A stretch of 51,528 nt of DNA from an uncultured Actinomycetes bacterium (GTDB taxonomy: Bacteria > Actinomycetota > Actinomycetes > Nanopelagicales > Nanopelagicaceae), in NCBI GenBank assembly GCA_903898555.1, contig CAIUFY010000064.1, forward strand, positions 1 to 51,528, in the 5' to 3' direction. A model generated the notes under the pieces. It was not told the origin of the DNA and searched no databases. It was given only the letters and a program-made list of their open reading frames with translations. A program made the translations under genes and the position numbers. This document shows positions 46,079-51,528 of this stretch, piece by piece; the first letter of the stretch is position 1; every line of letters begins with the position of its first letter.

Positions 46079-46736
46079 TTTCTCTCTTTTCTGCTTCATA
46101 TAGGTGGGGGGAAGTGATGGCTTCTTTGTGCTTCTTATCTTCTTTGCGGCGCTTTACGAGGATATTTGACACGATGATTACGTTGAAGATCACAAGGACG
46201 AAGAGTCCAATGAGTTTTCCACGCGTAGAACTAAGAGCACTTACGACATAACCAAGATTTGGGATTGTCTTGACTACCTTTCGAACCGGGGAGTTAAGCC
46301 CAATATCAACTGGCTTATCAGCAACAGGGTTGCTATCTCCCTTTGTTGTAATGGTTAGGGCAGTGGTTGTGGTGCTAAGTGATTGAATTCTGTGTGATTG
46401 GAGCGTCCAGTTCTCTGGATTAACTAGCATTACAACGTCATTTGGTTGCAAAGTGGAAGCTGTGACAACCTTTGCAACAATCATGTCGCCTGGGTTAATC
46501 GTGGGGCGCATGCTTCCGGTCGTAACGGTATGAATTGATATCCCAAAGTAAGAGGACATAACTGCCGGCCCAACAAGTGCAACCGATACGCTGATCACGA
46601 AAGCAATGTTTAAGACTCTTGCCCATCGTTGACGAGCTAGCGTTCCGTTGTCGCGTCTATCTGCAATCGTTCCTACGCGCTGACGGCGTTCAACGAACTC
46701 GTTTGTCGCAGCGTCTATAGGACGTTGATTTTTCAT
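46071..46736 (-). CDS. Signal peptidase I, archaeal/ER (SipW) type
   Basis: TTGSMRPTINPGD (nucleophile Ser box), LQSHRI (His box of Ser/His-type S26 peptidases), TKGDSNPVAD (GDN box). An N-terminal TM plus a C-terminal TM with a basic tail, as in SipW. Confidence 0.8.
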   Translation of the reverse strand: MKNQRPIDAATNEFVERRQRVGTIADRRDNGTLARQRWARVLNIAFVISVSVALVGPAVMSSYFGISIHTVTTGSMRPTINPGDMIVAKVVTASTLQPNDVVMLVNPENWTLQSHRIQSLSTTTTALTITTKGDSNPVADKPVDIGLNSPVRKVVKTIPNLGYVVSALSSTRGKLIGLFVLVIFNVIIVSNILVKRRKEDKKHKEAITSPHLYEAEKRENA

Positions 46737-46781
46737 TGGATAAACGTACGGTCTAACCTCAAGCGCGACACGAGAGTTCTT

Positions 46782-46796
46782 GGGGGCAATCCCCCC
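46782..46796 (-). other. Short GC hairpin between the regulator gene and the peptidase gene
   Basis: GGGGG-caat-CCCCC(C) on the + strand, which reads GGGGGG-auug-CCCCC on the transcript. No U-tract follows. Confidence 0.3.
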
Positions 46797-46799
46797 GTG

Positions 46800-46817
46800 G
46801 TTACTTGCGAGTTACTT
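46800..46817 (-). promoter_or_regulatory. Direct repeat GTTACTT-N4-GTTACTT (11-bp register) upstream of the peptidase operon
   Basis: GTTACTT occurs at 46800-46806 and 46811-46817 (AAGTAAC on the coding strand). This is 64-81 nt upstream of ATG 46736 and just downstream of the LuxR-type gene stop. Confidence 0.3.
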
Positions 46818-46825
46818 TGTAAATT

Positions 46826-47497
46826 TTAAATGAAGGACATCGCGCGCAGATACTTCATCGCAGCTGTCACTCGACGATTTGTAAGCTCTGACGCTGGTTC
46901 TACATCGAGCAAACTAGACGCAGCTGCGATTGTTCGCTCAACTGCTTTTGCTGAAATCCCACACGCTTTGCCAATTGCAGCGTTGCTCATGCCAGCTGCC
47001 ATCAGACGCATAACTCGGTGTTGTTGTGGGGAAAGCAGACCTTGGTAGTTTGCTTCAGTTAGAGCTTCTTCAAGCAAAGATGAGTCCAATTGAGCTTTTC
47101 CTTGATAGGCAGCTTCTAACTCAGCTAAGACAAGCTGAGGTGATCGGGTTGGCTTATTTAACCAATAGCAATTGTTAAAGAGAGCAGCAACCAGACCTTC
47201 CTTTGTTAATACAGGATTTTCCCGCTCAGACATAAACACAACGGGAATAGTTGGAAATGTCTTTCGTAACTCGAGTGCGGAAACGAGTGCATCGGTCCGA
47301 CGCAAAGAGTCCATATCAATCAAGATGAGATCGGCCTCAAACTTTGTTGCCTTTTCAAGGTAATTATCCGTCGCAACAACCATCGCGCTTACTTCAAATC
47401 CCGGCGCGGTTTCAAAACCCTTTGCAATGAATGAACCCATTCCAGCGCGGAACTGGTTCTCTAGGATCAGGATCTTCTTAAGCATTTTCTTATCCAT
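46826..47497 (-). CDS. Orphan NarL/LuxR-family response regulator with degenerate acidic pocket
   Basis: Receiver: KILILENQ (the DD pair replaced by EN), DLILIDMD (Asp retained), VVFMS, YWLNKP (Lys retained). C-terminal LuxR HTH: LSPQQHRVMRLMAAGMSNAAIGKACGISAKAVERTI. Start at ATG 47497 or ATG 47485. Confidence 0.8.
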   Translation of the reverse strand: MDKKMLKKILILENQFRAGMGSFIAKGFETAPGFEVSAMVVATDNYLEKATKFEADLILIDMDSLRRTDALVSALELRKTFPTIPVVFMSERENPVLTKEGLVAALFNNCYWLNKPTRSPQLVLAELEAAYQGKAQLDSSLLEEALTEANYQGLLSPQQHRVMRLMAAGMSNAAIGKACGISAKAVERTIAAASSLLDVEPASELTNRRVTAAMKYLRAMSFI

Positions 47498-47507
47498 CCT
47501 CTCGTTC

Positions 47508-48182
47508 TCACGCTTCCTTTCTATCATTCCTCGAAAGTCTTAGGTATTCAAGGACCACGAGCATTCTGAGGCTCTTTTCGTTGGAATGTGGCTCAATACC
47601 AAGCGCTTTAGCTATGAGAGAGATATGACGTTCAATGGCTTTTATCGAGAGATCGCACCTTCCGGCAATTGCCTTATTGCTAAGGCCATCGGCAAGGTAT
47701 TGGACAATTGTTAGCTGGACAGAGTTGAGCCCTCCAAAGGAATCTTCAAGCCCCTGCAAATCCTGCATGATGTCGTCTGGCAGCGAGACGCTGCCCCTAA
47801 TGGCGCTTCCTACACTTTCAAGGAAGGTGTCACCGTTATCAACACTTGGATTGAGCCAATAAGCCGAACTTGCAATAGGAGTTAACCGATTAGCAAAACT
47901 AAATTGTGGCAAATTTTTTCTCGCCGTGAGAATAAACGGTAGAAGTGGCGCAATTTGGCGCAAGTTATTTCGAATGTCCAGAGCATGACTTGGCTTCACC
48001 GAATCAATATCAATAATTATTGCGCCAGGCCAAATCAAGCGGTACGCCTGGATAGCATCATCTTCAGGTGCAAATTTTAAATACTGCCTACTTCTTACAT
48101 CCGGTGCGTATGTCGCGATTAAGCCATCGATATACGTCGGTGAAATTGGGTTGGCAATAACAAGCAATAAATTATTCTCCAT
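47508..48182 (-). CDS. Orphan LuxR-family regulator with pseudo-receiver domain
   Basis: Receiver-like: LLLVIANP (no acidic pair), AIIIDID, FILTA, YWLNPS (conserved Lys missing). LuxR HTH: LNSVQLTIVQYLADGLSNKAIAGRCDLSIKAIERHI. GGAGGG lies 4 nt upstream of ATG 48182. It is a paralogue of the downstream gene. Confidence 0.75.
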   Translation of the reverse strand: MENNLLLVIANPISPTYIDGLIATYAPDVRSRQYLKFAPEDDAIQAYRLIWPGAIIIDIDSVKPSHALDIRNNLRQIAPLLPFILTARKNLPQFSFANRLTPIASSAYWLNPSVDNGDTFLESVGSAIRGSVSLPDDIMQDLQGLEDSFGGLNSVQLTIVQYLADGLSNKAIAGRCDLSIKAIERHISLIAKALGIEPHSNEKSLRMLVVLEYLRLSRNDRKEA

Positions 48183-48199
48183 ACTACCCTCCGCTAGTA

Positions 48200-48234
48200 T
48201 TTAGATAATCTGTCATGGCAAATAATTATCTAAA
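48200..48234. promoter_or_regulatory. Perfect 10-bp inverted repeat in the regulator promoter region
   Basis: TTTAGATAAT (48200-48209), a 15-nt spacer, then ATTATCTAAA (48225-48234). It lies 18-52 nt upstream of the LuxR-type gene start and contains TANNNT-like hexamers. Confidence 0.4.
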
Positions 48235-48258
48235 CCCTCATTGCACGGGGGAATATTT

Positions 48259-48273
48259 GGGGGTGTATCCCCC
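48259..48273 (-). other. Short GC hairpin after the EAL gene
   Basis: GGGGG-tgtat-CCCCC, 12 nt downstream of the stop at 48286. A second G5 run at 48247-48251 allows alternative pairing. There is no clean U-tract. Confidence 0.3.
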
Positions 48274-48285
48274 TAAGTTAATTAA

Positions 48286-50562
48286 TTACGCGTGGAGAGA
48301 TTGGGAATTCTTAAAATCTCTAACCCAACCCCAGAAGTTGACCTCTGGAAGTGGCGGCGAGTACAAGAAGCCTTGAACTCTTGTGATTCCTGAATCTACG
48401 AGGAACTTCTCTACCTCAACAGACTCAACCCCTTCAGCCACAACTCTCAGCTTCAAATTATCGGCCAACTGTTTTATATCAAGGATAAGTTGACGATCCA
48501 TGCTCGTTCCAGCCCCAGGTATCAAGAAGGACCTATCAATCTTAAGAACGCTAATTGGCAAACTATTAACCTGTGAAAGGTTTGAATAACCAGTACCAAA
48601 ATCATCAATCGCAATGACAAAATTACTTGCTTTCAACTTACGCAATTGCTGAAGTGCAATATCGCCATCCGTGAGTGAGTGTTCAGTGATCTCTATGGAG
48701 ACATCGGTGGCGTCAACATTGAGTTTTTGGACCGATTCCATTAATTTGTCGGCAAAGTCGCTTCGACGAATTTGGGAGGCTTCCACATTTATTCCGACTC
48801 TAAAGCTGTCTAAGCTCAATTCTTCCTGAAAGAGCCTCGCATTTGCTCTGAAGCGAAGAGCACTTTCAATAATCCAGTCGCCAAGTTCAATTTCAAGGTC
48901 GTGATCGCTAACTTTGGAAAGGAATTCATTTGGAAGCAAAACCCCATAACCAGGTCGATTCCAACGAATAAGCGCTTCACCACCCATTACTTGATTCGTG
49001 CTTAATTCGATAACCGGCTGAAAATAAAGTTCAAATTCATTTAATTTAAGCGCTTGGCGAATAGCGAACTCTTCGGCTAGTGATTCGACATATTCTTGGC
49101 CTTGCACTTCTGAATAGATTGCAAAACCTGCACGAATTTGTCTATTTGCAATGTTGAGGGCGATTGCACCGTGGTGTATCAATTCTGATGGATTGAACTC
49201 TGCAGGTGCGTACACAACCAAGCCGATGGTAAATGTTAAATTCAATTCAATATCACTGTGATGAGTAGTGAACTGCATATCTGATTGAAGTGCCAGGGCC
49301 TTGGCTCGTGCTTGAGCTTCATTTGCTACGGGGCTGATAAAGACAAACTCATCAGAATTGAGCCGAGCGACCAAATCCTCACTTGAACTCAGCTTATTCA
49401 TTCTCGATGCAATCTCGGTCATAACTGAATCGCCAAACTCAAAACCCATTGAATCGTTTATTCGATGAAATCTGTCTACATCAATAAAGAGTGCCGCAAG
49501 CATTTTCTCGCTAGTGCCAGCTTGATTTGAAAGAGCGATGGACAACCCTCGCTCGTTCAAGAATCCTGTGAGGAAATCATGGCTGGCGCGATATTCAGCT
49601 TCCACAAATAGTCTCAGTCTGGACTGATGTTGTTTTATTGCATCCGCAAATCGCGCTCGGACTAGCTTCGATGCTATTTCTTCTAGCCCCGCGTCAACGG
49701 GAAATTCAATTTTGTATGAATCACCAGAGGCGCTAACCCGTAAGGCGGCGAGAGACAATTCTTTTTGCAATCTCTTTTCAAATAAGTTAGCAAAATCGGA
49801 GCTAGTGAGTGCAGTCAAATGCATTTCTGTAATCCAGCTCTGGAAGCGGTCCATTGCCCTTGATATCTCAAGCATCTGGGTGGCGCTGTTGAGTTTAAGT
49901 TGTTCCTCTTGAAGGATAAATTTCGCTTTTCTGAATGCAATTGCCAGATCGCGCACAAGCCAAACTAGGAGAATTAGCCCCGCCAGAATGGTAATTAGCA
50001 AAATTCCGCTTTGATAAAATTCCGAACGCGTTCGATTTTGAACTACTTTATTTACTTGCTTCAAGCTCTCCTCTTGAATTGCCTTACTCATACGTCTAGT
50101 TTCGGTTAAGAATAAATCATAATTTGGTCTTAGTTTGTTAAACGCAGAAGTACGCCCTGACAACGGTGTTGTGGAGTTGGCGATTATGAACTTATCAATT
50201 TCTTCAAGTTTCGCTTTATAGGAATTTGTCATTGCATCATACGTTGGATTTCCGTTAACCAACTTAACTTGGAGACGTTGCCCAAGAAGTGCTCGAGAAA
50301 TTTCAACATCTCGAATAACTACCTCGCCACGTACCCAATCTTCAATTATGAGCGCTAAATTGAAACTTTCTCGTTGAGAGTAAGCAAGGGATGCGGCATC
50401 ATTTGATTCAGCAAGGATAGACAATTTTTCAACTTGATGGGGTGTAGAAGAGTAGACAGACCATCCAGCCAGAGATCCAATTCCGATTGTTGCAACGATG
50501 AGTAGCGCAACTTGGCCAACCCTAATCTTTAAAAAGGAGGCACTTCGGATTCGATCAATCAT
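48286..50562 (-). CDS. Membrane sensor with degenerate GGDEF and intact EAL domain (predicted c-di-GMP phosphodiesterase)
   Basis: Two TM segments (VALLIVATIGIGSLAGW; ILLITILAGLILLVWLV) flank a roughly 150-aa external domain. The GGDEF-like domain reads RLNSDEF (GG changed to NS), and the RxxD site reads SSED. The EAL domain has EALIRW, INVE, EITEH, DDFGTGYS, KIDRSF, AEGVES and QGF. Confidence 0.85.
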   Translation of the reverse strand: MIDRIRSASFLKIRVGQVALLIVATIGIGSLAGWSVYSSTPHQVEKLSILAESNDAASLAYSQRESFNLALIIEDWVRGEVVIRDVEISRALLGQRLQVKLVNGNPTYDAMTNSYKAKLEEIDKFIIANSTTPLSGRTSAFNKLRPNYDLFLTETRRMSKAIQEESLKQVNKVVQNRTRSEFYQSGILLITILAGLILLVWLVRDLAIAFRKAKFILQEEQLKLNSATQMLEISRAMDRFQSWITEMHLTALTSSDFANLFEKRLQKELSLAALRVSASGDSYKIEFPVDAGLEEIASKLVRARFADAIKQHQSRLRLFVEAEYRASHDFLTGFLNERGLSIALSNQAGTSEKMLAALFIDVDRFHRINDSMGFEFGDSVMTEIASRMNKLSSSEDLVARLNSDEFVFISPVANEAQARAKALALQSDMQFTTHHSDIELNLTFTIGLVVYAPAEFNPSELIHHGAIALNIANRQIRAGFAIYSEVQGQEYVESLAEEFAIRQALKLNEFELYFQPVIELSTNQVMGGEALIRWNRPGYGVLLPNEFLSKVSDHDLEIELGDWIIESALRFRANARLFQEELSLDSFRVGINVEASQIRRSDFADKLMESVQKLNVDATDVSIEITEHSLTDGDIALQQLRKLKASNFVIAIDDFGTGYSNLSQVNSLPISVLKIDRSFLIPGAGTSMDRQLILDIKQLADNLKLRVVAEGVESVEVEKFLVDSGITRVQGFLYSPPLPEVNFWGWVRDFKNSQSLHA

Positions 50563-50565
50563 TGA

Positions 50566-51096
50566 CTACGCGATCTCGACCGATCGCAAACTCCAGTTCC
50601 ATGCATCTAGGTTAGTGAACCATTTACTCGAAGTATTGAATACGAGGCGGATAGGGCCACCTGCGTCCATAGGAATTGGAGCGTTGTTCAGAGAAACGGC
50701 AAGCAAGGCTTGGTTATTGAAAAAATCCTTTGCAGTGGCTTTAAATGCATAATCATTTAGGGCCACGGTATTCAATGAAGCGTTTTGAGCAATTTTCAAT
50801 GAGTCGAAAAGACTCTTGAAATTCACGACTCCAAATGTCTGCTTGGCCTTTACGAATGGCTCCTGAATTGTGATTTGAGACGTTCCAAGATCTCTCAACT
50901 GTTTCATGGTGAAGTTTATGGTGCTGGCGCCTTTAATAGTTAGAACTATGTCGCTATCAGCAGGGGGAGAAACCTTAAAACCACTTCCGTAAGGGTTCTT
51001 GGATGCGGTTGGAGTTGGTGATGCTTTTGGTTGAGCAGCACCCCCGCACGCAGATAAGAGAAGCACAGCAAGCAACACAGGGATTATTCGTTTCAT
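50566..51096 (-). CDS. Lipoprotein with sulfite-oxidase/YedY-like (molybdopterin-domain-like) sequence pattern, no Moco cysteine
   Basis: Lipobox LLLSAC|GG. LTIKGAS..TINFTMKQLRDLG...FGVVNFKSLF...ALLAVSLNNAPIPMDAGGPIRLVF follows the Oxidored_molyb pattern, but the Moco-binding Cys position is not conserved. ATG 51096 lies 4 nt after the upstream TGA and is preceded by GAGGAA. Confidence 0.55.
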   Translation of the reverse strand: MKRIIPVLLAVLLLSACGGAAQPKASPTPTASKNPYGSGFKVSPPADSDIVLTIKGASTINFTMKQLRDLGTSQITIQEPFVKAKQTFGVVNFKSLFDSLKIAQNASLNTVALNDYAFKATAKDFFNNQALLAVSLNNAPIPMDAGGPIRLVFNTSSKWFTNLDAWNWSLRSVEIA

Positions 51097-51100
51097 CTTG

Positions 51101-51528
51101 TCAGCTTTCCTCTTCATTGTTTAGATAGAGAATACTTGCAAATTTCTCCAAGTATTCTCCGTATTGCTTGGCATATTCGGCAGGAAGAATTGTAGGAATT
51201 CCAATTTCGGCTGAGAGCGAAAGAGCGGCTCTATCAGCTAGGACTGGCTCATCGCTTCTGTCCCAATCAATTGAAGAAGAAGATCGAATCAAAAACGTTG
51301 GTCGTAGCTCTTCGATGAGCTGGACTTCAAATGGTTTATCAAAGAGGCTTCCAAGAGCGATTGTGGCGTTGCCATGCCCAATAATTTCTCTTGCGATGGG
51401 AGTTCCATCAAGAGTTCGAGAATCAAGATTAACTACGCTCACCACTTTAAATTTCTTGCTTACAAGCTCAGTGATTGAATCAACAAGAGACAAGGTGTTT
51501 GCTCGATCAGAGCGGCTTGTTGCTGCTA
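51101..51528 (-). CDS. Hypothetical protein (5' end outside window)
   Basis: The frame is open to the window edge, upstream of TTG 51493. The tail is acidic (LNNEEES). I recognise no family. It is tightly linked to the lipoprotein gene. Confidence 0.45.
   Translation of the reverse strand, partial: AATSRSDRANTLSLVDSITELVSKKFKVVSVVNLDSRTLDGTPIAREIIGHGNATIALGSLFDKPFEVQLIEELRPTFLIRSSSSIDWDRSDEPVLADRAALSLSAEIGIPTILPAEYAKQYGEYLEKFASILYLNNEEES

Noticed and set aside
44799-46099. The two secreted Thr-rich proteins read as sortase-assembled (LPXTG) pilins or as lipoproteins.
   Set aside because: There is no LPXTG-type sorting signal and no C-terminal hydrophobic anchor (the C-termini are ...RNASVTNG and ...ATSTSG). 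There is no lipobox Cys at the cleavage site and no sortase gene nearby. The adjacent SipW-type peptidase and the TasA motifs fit better.
47150-47167. YWLNKP, and YWLNPS at 47847-47861, read as a VpsT-type W[F/L/M][T/S]R c-di-GMP binding motif in the LuxR-type regulators.
   Set aside because: The motif aligns with the ordinary receiver beta5 (Y-x-x-K-P) position, not with the helix-6 site used by VpsT, and the residues do not fit W-x-[T/S]-R. Binding of c-di-GMP therefore remains a hypothesis based on context only.
44782-51528. The accessory locus read as a horizontally acquired genomic island.
   Set aside because: There is no flanking tRNA, integrase, transposase or direct repeat in the window, and by eye I see no obvious compositional break. 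I could not compute GC or codon statistics, so this is unsupported rather than disproved.
1-51528. A scan for rRNA, tRNA, CRISPR arrays, tandem repeats and toxin-antitoxin or defence-system genes.
   Set aside because: All intergenic gaps are under about 175 nt. None shows a tRNA-like cloverleaf sequence or repeat-spacer periodicity. No ORF has nuclease, integrase, toxin or defence-type motifs that I could recognise.

Overview
This 51.5-kb window is almost entirely coding and comes from the chromosome of an Actinomycetota bacterium. The phylum call rests on mshB plus an MshC/CysRS-like ligase, a WhiB2-type regulator, mtrA-mtrB, a PdtaS-like kinase, and the actinobacterial families DUF3107, DUF3499, DUF5719 and Rv3235. 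Gene order parallels the M. tuberculosis Rv1170-Rv1178 and Rv3265c-Rv3235 neighbourhoods (manB, whiB2, pmmA, sahH, mtrAB, comF-like, secA1). The DNA looks AT-richer than usual for the phylum and has many 1-17 nt gene overlaps (ATGA, TAATG, TGATG). That suggests a streamlined, possibly planktonic lineage, but this is inference and nothing was computed. I call 50 protein-coding genes, two of them cut by the window edges. I found no rRNA, tRNA, CRISPR array, transposase or integrase. The blocks in order are as follows. (1) 1-2140: a split MgtE-sensor gene plus an NRAMP-related transporter. (2) 2.1-9.6 kb: housekeeping and mycothiol genes. (3) 9.7-16.3 kb: whiB2 and a conserved envelope glycosyltransferase module. 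(4) 16.4-23.2 kb: ahcY, mtrAB, comF-like, secA. (5) 23.2-28.4 kb: Rv3235-family, SAF and ParA-like genes, PdtaS, DUF4389, nnrD. (6) 28.5-32.9 kb: a 2-oxoacid:ferredoxin oxidoreductase whose delta subunit carries an inserted GltD-like NAD(P)H module. (7) 35.0-44.8 kb: ptsH-ptsI, an O-acyltransferase and a complete hydroxyproline degradation set. (8) 44.8-51.5 kb, minus strand: the one clearly accessory-looking locus. Block 8 encodes a lipoprotein, a membrane sensor with a degenerate GGDEF and an intact EAL domain, two tandem orphan LuxR-type regulators with degenerate receivers, a SipW-type (archaeal/ER-type) signal peptidase, and two paralogous secreted Thr/Ser/Asn-rich proteins, the first of which carries the three TasA/camelysin signature motifs. 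I propose block 8 as a candidate cyclic-di-GMP-linked extracellular fibre or matrix system. I am not aware of such a system having been characterised in Actinomycetota. All family assignments come from reading motifs by eye; no database search was run.
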